Below, in pieces: positions 1 to 29,220 of a DNA stretch of 64,000 nucleotides. Under the pieces are notes generated by a model. The model had not been told where the DNA came from. It did no database searches and worked only from the letters and a program-made list of their open reading frames with translations. The translations under genes and the position numbers were made by a program. The stretch lies in NCBI GenBank assembly GCA_964106645.2, contig OZ067039.1. One strand, given 5' to 3'. Position 1 is the first letter of the stretch, and the number at the start of each line of letters is the position of its first letter. The DNA is from Podarcis pityusensis. Taxonomy: Eukaryota.

Positions 1-122
1 TTGTTAGACAGAGGGGGTGGGGAAACCACTGCCTTTGAGTAGCATGGCCACTATGCACAATAGAGCTTAGTTCTTTCAACTGAAACATTAGAGTCCACCA
101 AGGTTAATGGCTGGCCACTTAC

Positions 123-15917
<15,795 letters not shown>

Positions 15918-16267
15918 TTATGACTGCAAACATCACCAAACTAAGAAGCAAAACTACATGTTGTACACATCTGAGAGCACCTTCACTTGCAATCAAAATT
16001 CAGGTAACCTAGATAATCAGCCAGTGCTTGCTTTATTTGTACAAGCCAGATGGCAAATTGGTATTTGAGGCCCACAAAAGACAGGATTCATTTAGATCCA
16101 TAACTCTGTGAGGTGGGCAAGATGGAGAGACAGTGATTTGCACAAACATCATAGATGGAGTGATTTCCCATGTACCAGAAAAACCTGTCCACTATACAAT
16201 ATTGCACCTGGACTTCACATGCATAAGTTGCTATACTTCTCCACAAGCACAAATGTGACCGCTTAAG

Positions 16268-16587
16268 CAGTGTTAGAAACTGATATAATATAGCAGGTTA
16301 AACCTAGGATATGGGCGCAAAAATGGAATGTCTGGGCACACTTTTTATAACAATACAAAGCTGAAAATAAATGAACTGCAGCTAAAATATTTCACATGGT
16401 CTGATCCTCCAGTCTTCAGAGAGTAGCTGGAAGTGGGGAAGCAGAAAAAGGTCTTCCTTTCCTTCCACTCTGAAGTTTTAATCTGAAACCTTAGGCACAG
16501 TACTGCACCCAGAGCTTAGCAACTGCTTACACTAATGAAATTCCCTGTCGCAAAAGGCGCCTAGAACAATGGGAGTTTTGAACACTG
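16268..16587. mobile_element. hAT-type MITE (same family as 39373-39808)
   Basis: Ends cagtgttagaaac / gttttgaacactg; 8-bp TSD cgcttaag/tgcttaag; body shared with the 39.4-39.8 kb copy. Confidence 0.8.
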
Positions 16588-17799
16588 TGCTTAAGACAAT
16601 ATAAATGAAAACATCTAAAAATAAGTTTTACCAAAAAAGATATGCAACAGAGCAAGGTCCTTAGAAAGTGCTAGAAAACCCATTTTTGGCAGCATAGTCA
16701 AGATCTATGTATGACTCATCAGAGAGCATCCATAGAACATGGGAGGAACTTGCTCAAGGCTCTCCCCTATGGCAATATATAGTAGACAGGTTTCACTGAA
16801 ATAAATGAAAGATATTATACCTAAAGATAGCAAAGGATGTTGATGTGAGGGATGACTTTGTTTGATATTAGTAATCACCCATGTATCATACTACAGTATA
16901 TAATGCCTAGTTGTTACCCATTTGTTGCATGCAATTCTGACAACTTCCGGCAATGTTCTGCTTCTAAGACACATTTTCTAAGGTCTAAATATGCTATTTT
17001 GTATCAAGCAAAATGTTTTTCCTCATATAGATCACCTATTATTGTTTTGATTTCCACATGAAATGTAACTGCACAGCTTCCACAAGCATCCACTTAATAA
17101 GGCCTCTGACACAACACTGCACAATCCAATACCTATAACTGTGCGTTTGTGACTCTTCAAAATGTATTAGAGGTTGAGTGCTCCACAACTATTACACTCA
17201 AGTGTGAGAGTACTCACCTCCCTTTAAAAAAATCCAGTTGATACCCAGAAACTACCCGCTCATACATACAAATCATTTTGTAAGCTTTTCACTATTCCAA
17301 TTTTGATTTTTGAAGGAGTGAACAGTTATGATCAACAAGCAGGGCTATTTTGCTTCCATTACATTGGGACTGGACATACTCTTAATACTTCAGAATGAGG
17401 GCATGAAAGAGGACCGTGCAAAGACTCCACATAGTTGGGGAGACACGTGCTTACAGCAAGGAAATGGAGTACTGTACAAGGTATCAGGCGAGAGCCAACA
17501 AGAGCCGAGCCAAAATGCGGGACTCTCCAGCACATCTATTCCAATTCCAGATTTTAACCTTATCTTCCGTCATCTCAGAGATGTAAATATTAGAGGTGAC
17601 AGATCAACCAACAGTTTCTAATCACCAAACGGAAGGCCTCCCCGCCCATGCTTAAGAGGCTGTGTGCTTTTAAGTACCAGCTGCCTTCTGCGTGGGGACG
17701 AAACGTATAATGGGAGATGGATGGTTGATGGATGGTTTGAGCTTTCTAGTCGCTTTTAGAAACAAGGCGCTGGACTGGAGGGACCTCTGATCTGGTCCG

Positions 17800-19100
17800 C
17801 CGGGGCTCTTTCTGTTTAAGCGTGTGCCGGGCGAACAGTTCTTCGGCGAGGCTCTCCCGGCTCCCGCCTTGGGCTCTGCAGCACCACCTCCCACACAGAG
17901 GAAGCGTGAGAAGCGCAGCTGCCCAGGGCCCCGCTGACCACCGCGGAAGCCCTCACGCCCCTCCCTCAAAGCCATGTTGGGCCGGAGCAGCCCAGCAGCT
18001 TAGCCGGCAACGTCTCGCCCCAATCAGATCAGGCCCGGACAACTCGGTCCCCCCCCGCCCGCCTCGCCGCCCACGACCGGGCCGTTTCAGATTCCGCCCC
18101 ACTCCCGCCCTGCCTCCTCAGCCGCTGGGCGACCTAACCCCCGCCAGCCAGCCACCCGCCCGCCCAAGCCCGGCTCCTTGAAGGCTTCGCCTTCGCGAAA
18201 TCCCTGCCTAGGCCGAAGCCGGGGGAGCCTCGCGCCATCCCCTCACACGCCCGCTCACGGCGCGCCCCAACCACCGAGCTTCCCACGCGCGCCCAGGGAA
18301 CCCCGGCGCTGTACCTGCCCGGTTCCCGCGTGCCCAGGTTCAGGCCGCGGCTTCGGCGCCGAAGGAGGGAAGAAGAAGGTGGGGGCGGCAAGACGAACGC
18401 GACACGCGGGCGATGAGCCGGGCCGGCCGCCGTCTCTGCCGCTCACGTGACTAAGACCAACAGGAAAAAAAGAAAAGAAAAAGGGGAGGAGCAGAGGACC
18501 CGCTCGCGCACGTCTATAGACGAGGGCAAAGCAAGCACGTCACGTGGCTCGGGAGAAAGGGCGGTAGCCACGCCCTCTCCTCCCTCCGTCCACTAGTCCG
18601 GATGGAAGCGCGGCGCCTTGAGGCAGGTGGCTGACGTCATGTCGCGCAACCTAACTTGGCCGCTGATGAAGCGCTACAAAGCCAGACGGCGGGAGGCTTG
18701 ATTCTGTCGCCCAGCTGCACGTTGCTACCCCGAAGAGATTTCGTTTCGCTTGTTTTTAAAGTTTTTCTTCCGGTGCAAACCTCCGTTGGCGGGGAAAAAA
18801 ACCTAATAGCTTCGCGTCTACCTAAAAACGGAAGCAACCCGTTCTTTTTCCAAGAGCCACCGGGCGCCTTTCCGTGCTCAGTGTAGCAGGCGGTGTCACC
18901 GAAGGGAAAAAGGAGTTCAAGCGGCCGTTGGGCTAGGGAGGCTGTCCCCGCCCACGTGGCCGGGCTGGCGCGTCTAGCCTGACCCGGACTCCGAGCCGGG
19001 CGGGGTGGCGCCGCCTTTTGTCGGTATAAGACATGAGGGGGCGCTTCTGGAGTCTCGTGGATGCATATTTCTGGAGGAGGGGGCGGAGGCGTGCCCATTA
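17800..19100 (-). promoter_or_regulatory. CpG island / TNPO2 promoter and probable non-coding first exon (donor CAG|gtacag at 18315/18314)
   Basis: Very GC/CpG-rich; E-box TCACGTGA 18443-18450; CACGTCACGTGG ~18536-18547; full CRE TGACGTCA 18632-18639. Confidence 0.75.
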
Positions 19101-19273
19101 CGTTCTACGGAGCATATGCAGTGCTATCTTCAAATAATGTTGGCAGAGAAACGTAAAAAGATTACAGAGTTGGGAGCGATCAAACAAACCACACGGGGAG
19201 CAGCCCCGTGCAAGCAACAGATCATGGCCGCCTGCTCAAAGATGGGCAAACCCCGTGGTAGGGGGCTTCAGGG

Positions 19274-19382
19274 CACCGGCGTAGCCAGGATTTTTGTTAG
19301 AGGGGGGAGAACCTCAGCTATGTATTTTTATTGATTTGTGGGGGCAGCCGCCCCTCCCTGCCCCCCCTTGGCTACGCCCATG
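19274..19382. mobile_element. Short hAT-type MITE
   Basis: TIRs caccggcgtagccagg / cttggctacgcccatg; perfect 8-bp TSD cttcaggg. Confidence 0.8.
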
Positions 19383-19706
19383 CTTCAGGGGGCAAACCCT
19401 TGCTTCCAAATAGGCTACCAGGCTGTCACATTTGCCGACAGCTTCATTATAAACTATTATTTATAACTAAACATTATAATCTTGTTTGTATAAGATGTGA
19501 CAATGCTTAGGGCTAGGCTGTTCGATTGTCACATGTATGGCGCTCTTTTATTGCATATATGTTTCTTGTACAGTACATGACAAGGTAACTGTCCATGCAT
19601 GGGCTGCTACGGAGAGATGTATCACGTTGATGATTCTGTATTATGGGATTATTATTATTATATTTGTTAGTCTCCCTATCTTTCCCAGGGCAACCCAAAG
19701 TGACTA

Positions 19707-19910
19707 CAGTCATACCTAGGGTTACGAACGCTGTGGGTTGCGTGTTTTTGGATTGCAGACCGCACCGTACCTGGAAGTATCAGAACGGGTTACTTCCTGG
19801 TTTTGGTGCATGCACAGAAACACCAAATCATGTCGCGCATCTGCGCACACTGAGCACTGCAGGTTGCGAATGTGCCTGCTGCACAGATCACGTTTGCAAC
19901 GCAAGGTATG
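19707..19910. mobile_element. Tc1/mariner MITE, right end cut by a Sauria SINE
   Basis: TA-cagtcatacctagggttacgaac at left; partial inverse gcaacgcaaggtatg at right. Confidence 0.65.
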
Positions 19911-20253
19911 GGTGGCGCTCTGGGTTAAACCACAGAGCCTAGGGCTTGCTGATCAGAAGGTCAGTGGTTTGAATCCCCACGAAGGGGTGAGCTCCCGTTG
20001 ATCGGTCCCTGCTCCTGCCAACTTAGCAGTTCGAAAGCACGCCAAAAAGTGCAATTAGATAAATAGGTACTGCTCCGGCGGGAAGGTAAACAGTGTTTCC
20101 GTGCGCTGCTCTGATTAGCCAGAAGCGGCTTAGTCATGCTGGCCACATGACCCGGAAGCTGTACGCCGGCTCCCTCGGCTAGTAAAGAAAGATGAGTGCC
20201 ACAACCCCAGAGTCCACAACTGGACCTAACGTTCAGGGGTCCCTTTACCTTTA
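19911..20253 (+). mobile_element. Sauria SINE
   Basis: tRNA-like head, core AGATAAATAGGTAC...CATGCTGGCCACATGACC, (ACCTTT)n tail; matches the copies at 27.4 and 63.4 kb. Confidence 0.92.
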
Positions 20254-21039
20254 TATATAGATACATTAAAACCCAGAGGAAAAATACATTAAATACTTCC
20301 CACCTACTTTTAAAAGGCCACAGATGGTCAAAGGCCAAAGGTCATGCTACTCCCATAGTCTGCTCTGGAAAACCCACCAGAGCAGATTTCGAGAGCACAT
20401 GGCAGGATAGGGGAAGAGTTGGAGAGGATGGGAAGTCTATATGAATGAACAGCAGTGTTGGATACAACTTATGATGAACATTACAGAAAACTCAAGGGCT
20501 CATAGTAAAAATTCACTGTCATATAAGTAGCATTTTCATATCCCGCTTTTCCTCCCAAGCACTCAAGGTGATAGATACGGTTCTCTATCCCCCGCATTTA
20601 ATCCTCACAGCAATCCTGTATGATAGAGTAGGCAGAAAGGCAGTGTGTTGCCCAAGATCACCCAGTGGGCTTCGCGGGGAGGGGGCGTTGAACCCTGGTC
20701 TCCTAATCCGGAACAAATCAATGCACCAAGCAGGATTTAGACAGTTTAAACTTTATACGTAATATTAAAGTAAGATTCTCCTGGTTCAGATGTGATCCTC
20801 AGCCCGAGCACTCAAGAACAACTCGGTTGGTTGGTCTACCTTTTTATGCTATTTACTTCCGACATAATGTAGATCGCAACCGAAACATGAAAATTAGTAA
20901 TTAGATGAATAGTTATGGACTTAAACTCTGCTGCGCATAGAAATGTTCAGATTTAATTAAAGCTACGCTGTAATACCGTTTGAAGGTGCTTCTTTTGTTT
21001 ATCGCTGCCTATCGGAATTCCAGTTTACCTTTCCATCTA

Positions 21040-21620
21040 TTTTCCGCTGCTACGCCCTATCCCTCCGCGGTCGGGTTGCTTCACACTGCGCAAGCGCGGA
21101 GATCCAGTCTTTAGAACTACATTTCCCGAGAAGACTTGCGACACGCCGCTCCTCCCCTGCGCCCCCTCCCATTCCGGAGCTGGGGGAGGGAGGTTGCCCG
21201 GGCCGGACCCGGCAGCGGCCCCGAGCGGGCGGGCTCGGGCGAGCATGGGGGGCTGCCTTTCCTCGCAGGCGGCCGATGACCTGTCGCTGCTCAACGACTC
21301 TACCGGCGATGGGGCGAGCCTTGGGCCTGGGGATCCGTCTCCACCGCCCATCCCTGTCCCGCCGCCCCCCTACCAGGTAGCGGGTCGGGGGTTGCGGGGC
21401 GGAGGGCGAAAGGGGGGCTGTGGGGCGGGTTCCCCCAGGCCTCGCCGACTGCGGTGCTGGGCGTCGGGGCCAGCCCTGGGTAGCCTACGGGGTTCTGCTA
21501 CGCAAGGGAGTAGGAAGCCGACATATGGGGCGAGGAAATTCGGGTGGCATTTTGAGGGGTGCGCAGGGGTCGGCTGTTGGCTTTGGCTTCGGGTTCTTGG
21601 GGTAAGTAGGGCGGGGTGAG
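21040..21620 (+). promoter_or_regulatory. CpG island / promoter of the RNF11-like gene
   Basis: CpG-rich; ZNF143/THAP11-type motif ACTACATTTCCCGAG at 21116-21130. Confidence 0.7.
21245..21376 (+). CDS. RNF11: RNF11-like exon 1
   Basis: ATG in strong context (agcATGg); CAG|gtag donor; 132 nt. Confidence 0.92.
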
Positions 21621-24600
21621 CTGGAACAGTAGCTATAGAAAGAAACTGGGATAACAGATTAGGGTGGAGACCCCCGACCTCATCCAGGTATGCTAAGGAG
21701 ACACAAGAATCGGGCTTGATGCCCTCTCGCCCTACAGTCACCTAGAGAGTAGATGTTACTGGGGTGAGTTAAGCCCATTATTAGCTTGGGAATGGATGTA
21801 CAAGGTTGAGCAGGAGACAGAACAGTGTCAAGCACAGAAAGATAATATTTTTGCACTGCCATTAGTATTGCCCTTTAACCTTTGGACTGTGGTGTGCGAG
21901 TCTGAGGTCATAGGTCAAGGTTCTCTCAAAAAGCTATGGAAACATGAGTTGTGTGACTAGGGCTGGGGTCGTGGTGGGCATTCAGGGCGAAGAACTCAAA
22001 GTCATGAGTCAGTTATAGAAGATAAGAACTGGGGAGCAGAAATAGTGTGGTGTGATTTATAAGAATGAGCTGTGGATCTGAAGTGAGGAGACCCAAATTC
22101 ATGTTGAGCTGTGAACTGCTCCACATGATGAAGTATACAACTTATAATGTAGAATGTAAATGTGACAGGACCTGCTTTGAAGTACAGGCATCATACAGGT
22201 ATGTTTGTCGGTGGGCCAAGATTGACTGCAGCCCCACAAATTGTATGTTTGGTGGCAAACCTGGGTTAATGTGGGAAATGGCTCTCAATGAGCAGTACAG
22301 TACTGAACATAACCAATCAATTACTAAATAGGCTTGGTTGAAAATGAATGTTTAGACTCCAGGCTATCTTATGCTAGGTGTGCTTTCACCCATCCTGACA
22401 AATCTTTAGAAGATGTTGAGTTCCAGGCTGTGGTAACCAGAAACGCAGAGTAAGATTTCATAACACCACCATCTCTTTCTGCAGAAAAATGACATAGAAC
22501 ACGCATGATTGTTATGTCTTGTCCATTTCAACAGTTGTCCTGTGTGCCTTTGATATTTGCTTTCCCATGTCTGAGGTTTATTGTGGAGCAGCTGCATGTT
22601 TCTCTGGCATTTTTGCAAGCTGCCATACCTGCAGAGTAGCATTCTCCAATGTGGGGACAGACAGTCTATGGAAGAAGAATTAGGAAAAACTGAGGGAAAT
22701 TCTGGTGGTTTCATCCTGTTTGAAACCTGGGGAAGGTAAAGGCAGCACAAACTTAGTTTAAAAGGGTGGCTAGAACAAAACATCAGGATTCTATATCTCA
22801 AAGTACCAGAGTGGATCTTGGGAAGATGGCTGTTAGAATGTGTGGGGAATTTATTCACATTAATTTCAGAAACTCTTTGGGTTACCTCCTGAAACATATA
22901 GGCAGCAGATTAGACAAATGAAAAACCTGCTTCACACACACAAAAATCCCTACACTATTATATTATAGATTGCTTTCTAAAGGAAATAAACAAATGATAA
23001 ATACACTGAGGAACTTCCATATTTAAGAAGAGTGTACCACAGATGATTGGATAATGTTTACTAACAACACAGAATGGATGTTCTGCTTCTGAACTTCTTT
23101 AGCTTTTGACTGGCCACTTTTAGACAAAATGCTGAATTAGGTAGACTATTGATTTCAGCCAGCACTGCAATTCTTGTGTCCCAAATCTTGATTGGGGCAG
23201 TGTTCCTAACAATTATCATCTGCTTTAGAGACCAGTAATTTAATGCATCTCTATGGGGGCAACTTGCAATTTGCTAAAATGTCTTCATTTTAAACGCAGT
23301 GGCTTGGGAGCAAGGGCATTCTGCTGCATGAAAGCAATTGGGGGCATGGGCATTCCAAGCTAACAGTATATTATTGGACCACTGTCTCACAATAAATGTT
23401 TGTCTAGATACATCCCAAAATAGAGGAGCAAGAGATGGATCTGATTGTTTTATGGTGAGTTAATTAGTTCTGCAAGGATCCCAACACCAGAGTCCATAGC
23501 AGAAATAAGGGCTTCTTACGCATCTGCAAATGATGCATTTGCTGTTTAGTTAGCAACTACTGGCTCACTCCCCTGTAAAAACTTAAAATCCCAATCAGAA
23601 ACATGACAGCACCATGATTTAGCCCATCTGGTGTACTACAGAGTAGATATTATCTGACAGTTACAGCTTGCATATGCCAAAAAGTTAAGTATGTCAGTGT
23701 AGGAGCCTGCAGGGTTATTTAGTTTTGCCACATCTGTGGAAATATGTTGAATAACTAGCTCTACTGGAGTAATAGAGGGGTCTGTGAAGAAAGAATAGTT
23801 GACGGCTGAATTGCTGTATGTTGAGTGTGGGTTTATCTCCATTTGATTACTGGCTGGTTACAAGAGTAGCAATCACTCAGCCACTCTGTCTTCTGAATTT
23901 CTAGGAACATGCACCAATTCCAGTATATCACCCAACGCCCAGCCAGGCACGTCTTGCCACACAACTAACAGAAGAGGAGCAGATCCGTATAGCTCAGAGG
24001 ATTGGGCTGATTCAACATCTTCCCAAAGGAATATTTGATCCAGGCACAGAGCCATCGGAAAAGAAAATCAAAGAGTATGTTTTCCATGTGTAATGCTTTG
24101 TGTTTATCCAGTTCACTGAGACTATTTGCTAGTAGATGCATATATAGCCTTTATATCCCACTGACAGTGTGTAGCAATTCCCTTTCCAAAATGGAATATG
24201 GGTATATTGTACTGTCCAATTCTTGGTTTTAAAAAATGATGACTTGCTGTCCTAAAACAAAATTATACCTGGCCGTTGTGGTAGTCTGTAAAGCATATGG
24301 GAAATTGTACTTATTTCCATAGCATGTTGTTGTACACTCTTGTATCAACTGACCCCTTTTTTTAAAAAAAGTCCTTTGAATCTATTTTCCAAATGGAGCA
24401 ACTATATTATTGAATAACTCACTAGGCAACATTGCAGGATCTTGAACTACTGGAAAGGGGACTTGAAGAAAAAGGCAGGAAGCCATCTCAAAAGCTGGGG
24501 AGTCGGGAAAATGGCTAAAAAGTAGAATGGGCTTTAGAGGTTTGGAAGGGCTTCCACTCCTGAAGGAAAGGCTTATCTGCTCTAGCTTGTTTTTTTTTTT

Positions 24601-25446
24601 AAAAAGTACAGGTCCCAATACTAATTCTTGTGGGACTCCACTTTCTGTCTGCTTTAGTAAGGTTTGTACTTCTATATGCTTGGTCATTTTAGCAGTTTTT
24701 TCAGGACAGGTGTTAAGCTAACCAGCCTGTAATTTCTAGGATTCCCCCTGGATCATTTTTCCCCACCATCATTTTTCCAACACACCAATATTTTCCCCCA
24801 GCTATATAACACAAGGTGAAATTAACATGCATCATATTTAAAGTGAAATATTGTTCTCTTCAGCCTCTGCATCCATCTAACCTTAAAGAGTTCTTTGCTA
24901 TGAAGACAGTGTGTATTTAAAAACATCCAATAAAATGTGAATATACAGCAGCAACTTTCAGCTGGGGTAATGTCCATGTTTTGGAATAGATGTAGGTGGA
25001 GGGTCATCCTTGAACCTTGGAAGTCAGAAGCAAACTATTTAAGATAGAGCGCTCTGTGTGTAACAGGCTTGCATGCTTTCCAGCACCACAACCAGTATTG
25101 GACACTGTTAAGAATGGAATAGTGAGACTAGATGACTTTCCAGGTAGTAGTTCTTTACTGGGATACCTGAACTTACCACGTGGTGGCAAATTGGGCAGGG
25201 AATGCGAGAGAGAAGTTTTAGAAGCCATCTTAGTGTCTTTAATAACATTTCCTTTTCTCTCTGCCTGATTTCAGGTGTGTGATCTGCATGCTGGATTTTG
25301 TATACGGAGACCCCATCCGGTTCTTGCCCTGCCTGCACATCTACCACGTTCACTGCATTGACGACTGGCTGATGCGATCATTCACCTGCCCTTCTTGCAT
25401 GGAGCCAGTTGACGCTGCTCTTCTGTCCTCCTACGAGACTAACTGA
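21245..25446 (+). CDS. RNF11: RING finger protein 11-like (RNF11 paralog), 157 aa, 3 exons
   Basis: Exons 21245-21376, 23905-24074 and 25275-25446 give MGGCLSSQAADDLSLL...PPPPYQ EHAPIPVYHPTPSQARLATQLTEEEQIRIAQRIGLIQHLPKG...ECVICMLDFVYGDPIRFLPCLHIYHVHCIDDWLMRSFTCPSCMEPVDAALLSSYETN*. RING-H2 domain and PPxY motif present. The symbol denotes the family; this is probably a paralog. Confidence 0.93.
23905..24074 (+). CDS. RNF11: RNF11-like exon 2
   Basis: tag/gtatgt boundaries, 170 nt. Confidence 0.93.
25275..25446 (+). CDS. RNF11: RNF11-like exon 3 (RING-H2 domain, stop)
   Basis: cag acceptor; TGA at 25444-25446. Confidence 0.93.
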
Positions 25447-26684
25447 GGTGGCTCGGTGCCCTGCTCTTGTTAATGCTTCCAGGCTCTGGCTGTGTGGGGG
25501 GCTGGGATGTGGCACACTCTTTTATTTGCACACTTCTGGGATACACCAAAGATCCTATGGCAGAGAATCTGATCCCAGGCCTTGAGGACAACACAGAACC
25601 ATTCTAGCTTGGCTGGCTGTGCTAAAGGCTGACTTGTGCCATATTTGAGAATTGTAACCAGAGTAGGTGGAGACTGGGGGCGAAATGGCAAAGCAAGAAT
25701 TGTCCTTTCACTCCACCCACAAATGCTGTTTTTTTCTTTTCTTTTTAAGAAGATCAAGATTGTTCCTTAGGACTATTCTTACCCACATACCTGTTTAAAT
25801 CCCCACTGAGTTATCAAGTACAGGTCTGGGGTGTTACATGGGAGGGGACTGCAACTCTTTGACCCAAAAGAGAGAGTTGTTTAAAGCTGACACTGGTTGC
25901 AAAGATCTTGTAATGTCAAATCCAGAAAAGGAGTTTTAGCATTGTCACATCAACTCTGGTTGGTTTGTGGCAGAATCTGGAGTTTTGAGAAGTGTTGGGT
26001 TTTTTTAAAGCATTTCTCCATTACCCCACAAATGCTTCTTTTAACCAGGTGGGAAACGGGCATCTTTAAAGCTTGGCCACTATTGAAATCTTACCCAGTA
26101 GCACTTGTGCTACAATGCACAAAACAAGTCTAAGGGTTTGTCTCAGTTCTTTGTGGGGGCAATTTGGAGCAGTGACCTTGGCGGGGACTTGAGCTTGATT
26201 TCTATAGTTGGAGTCAGAGTGCTTCTGTTTAAAGGTTCATGTTTCAACTAGGAGTGAACGATACATACTTTTCACTTCCTCTCTTCTGCTTGTAAAGATT
26301 TTAAGATGCTTTGAAGGTGAAGGAGACAGAAGAGTTATTTGTTAAATAACAGCTTTTTAGTAAGTTAGTGATGAAGTACAAAAGCTTCCTCTACAGATGG
26401 TAGGTTAAGGCATTCAAGTGCACTATTGTAAAGGGTAAAGAAACTGTTTGTTTGCCCAATGTTTACTCTGTTTGCCTTACACAAAATGAAGACTCTTGTC
26501 CCATAAGAAACTGCTAGTGATTAATGCCATGCAGCAAGCCCACTGTTTGGAAAGGCTTCCCTTAGTCATGCTGTTTATTGCCTTGCAAGTGGAGAGGCGT
26601 GAAAGTGCTTTTCTGATTATGCATTGTCCTTAACAAGGATCTAGCACTTGAAAGTAAAACTGATGTGTGTTGCATTCAAATGGA

Positions 26685-26690
26685 AATAAA
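26685..26690 (+). terminator. Candidate polyadenylation signal of the RNF11-like gene
   Basis: AATAAA ~1.2 kb after the stop codon. Confidence 0.5.
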
Positions 26691-27411
26691 ATAGATTGCA
26701 TATAATCCCTTGTAGAAATAAGTATTTGGGCAAAGCGGACTGCTCATATCCCTTTTCTTCCATCACTCTTTCCAGCTAAAATGAATGTCAGCAGCACTTG
26801 ACAAGGAGAATTCTTCTACTGGTCAATCATCAGTGTTTCTTTTCTGTACTACCTTTTGTCCTTTGCAAAAGATGGACTTGGTGGTTAGTCCATTTTGGAT
26901 CAGGCATAATTTTAGAGTTGCAAGGTCCATGCTGAGACTTGGGCCCTTCCTCTTTCCTTATTGTCCCAGGAAAGGAATAGCAGCAGCTGCTTTCTAAGCT
27001 ACATCACAAACCACTTTTCAATAGCAGGATCCCAAGGGTGGTGAGCAGAGAAGCAGCTGCAGCCCAGTTCCCTAGAGAGCTTTCTTGCCTTGAAGGAACA
27101 GCAACAACTAATAAGGAGCAGTGTAGTTGTTGTCTTAAAGGGATGACAGGAGATGGGAAATGGAGTAGAGCAGTAGATAAAATTCAAACTATGTTCCTGA
27201 AGGCTGCTTCTCCAGCAGTCACATCAGGGCCTGATTTGTAGCTGGTTTGCTACAAGTTTCATGTTTACCTTTGCAATACTTTCAACACATGCTTGCACCA
27301 AATAGCAGGGGAGAGAGGAATGTAGAAGTATAAAAAATAATAATGGCAGGGATGACATTTTTAAAAACTCATATTGTCTCCCCAAAGGTGGAGAGCCATC
27401 TCTAATTCAAT

Positions 27412-27774
27412 GGTAAAGGTAAAGGGACCCCTCACCGTAAAGTCCAGTCGCGAACGACTTTGGGGTTGTGGCGCTCATCTCGCTTTACTGGCCGAGGGAG
27501 CTGGCATTTGTCCGCAGACAGCTTCCGGGTCATGTGGCCAGCATGACTAAGCCGCTTCTGGCAAACCAGAGCAGCGCACGGAAACGCCATTTACCTTCTC
27601 ATTGGAGCAGTACCTATTTATCTACTTGCACTTTGACATGCTTTCGAACTGCTAGGTTGGCAGGAGCTGGGACCGAGCAACGGGAGCTCATCCCGTCGTG
27701 GGGATTCGAACCGCCGACCTTCTGATTGGCAGGCCCTAGGCTCTGTGGTTTAGACCACAGTGCCACCCGCATCC
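27412..27774 (-). mobile_element. Sauria SINE
   Basis: Reverse-complement full-length copy with ggtaaaggtaaagg tail. Confidence 0.92.
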
Positions 27775-29220
27775 AGTGGTACAGTTAAGTAATTTTAGAT
27801 TCTGAACTTAATGGTCTTATGGGGGCTCCACTCTTTAGATGGTAAAACACATTACTTACCTATTTAAAAATGTGGCAAGCCAGCTGTACTACATTTGGGT
27901 GCTCTCCTGCTGAATAGGCCCCAAGATTCCTGCCCCAAAATCCTCCTGGGGCAGCACCACTACACTAATGAAAAGTATCAAGTACTGGTGAAGACCTCTG
28001 CCCAAAGCTGTGAGCAGCCACCATCAGTCAGACAGTACTGAACAAGACATGCTACTAGCCTGACTGTATAAGGCAGCTTCATATGTAAAGATGGTTCACT
28101 GTGGAGTGAGCAACAGCATCCTGAGTTCCATTTGGCCTGATACACACACTAGCATCAATCAAAGGGATGTCTAATGCACATCTGAAGACTGGCTGGAGTG
28201 GAAACAAAGTTGTTCTGCTGGCAATTGGGTATAGGGCCTCAAGCAACTGAAAAGAGGTAAGTGATCAAAGCTCTGGCTGGGGCAATATAACCAGGTCAGA
28301 ACAACATCTAACAGAAATGATACTTTCAAATAAATTTCACAGTGAACAAAAATATACTGTATGGGTTATCTATCATTGTGTTTTGAAAAGAACAAGCAGC
28401 AACACCTAGAAATAAAGATGAATATATCAAGCAACTGTTGTAACTGCAATGAATGTGAAGCTATGTTTTCATACCCCTGCTATTATTCTTTAACCACATA
28501 TTTTCCAGAATAGTGAATGAACAGTCTATGACTCTTGCCCTCTGGAAATATTCCCTAGCAAAGTGCAATTACACCTTCACCAGATGCATAAAGTTATCCT
28601 AAGCTAAAAAATATGTTTATATCCTGTACTTACTGTGAAGAGTTTAATTGTTTGCCTTTGTACATTGTTTGCCTTTCCCCCATTTTATCCTTGTAGCCCA
28701 TTAAGCTGAAAGAAAGTGATTGGCCCATGGTCATCCAATGAGCTTCATGGTCAAATGGGGACTTGAATGTTCATCTTCCAAGCCCCAGGTCCAGCACTCT
28801 CAACCACTACATCACATTGGATTCCACATACATGTGATAGGAGAGGGAGAACTATTAGCAGTGTAGTTAGTCTAGTTTGTGCCTTTTAGAATTTCCTCCT
28901 ATGTTAAAACTTAAATACATAAAATCATTAGTGAATATTCTCAAAGCAGTGATGAGTCACTAATGATTTTACATATATTAAGTTTTAATATAATTTTTAA
29001 CGTCTCTTGCATTTTATATCCTAAACCCACTACCAATGTCTGTGTATAAAATTAAAAAGATGAGATAACACTTCTTGCATATGATCAAGTACTTTAGTCC
29101 ACAAATGCACATACCACTAATATATTTGTTAAGTCTTCAAGGTGCCACATATTTACTGTTTTTGCTGCAACAGAGTAGCATGATTACCTCTGAAAGGTAC
29201 TTACCCAGCCATAGGTTATA

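Noticed and set aside
17670-19334. Several 60-150 aa Pro/Arg/Gly-rich ORFs
   Set aside because: Expected stop-codon depletion in a CpG island; no recognisable protein similarity
24226-24370. ATGATGA ... CTGA with an A/T stem in RNF11-like intron 2
   Set aside because: The stem is low-complexity T/A runs, with no internal boxes or identifiable guide
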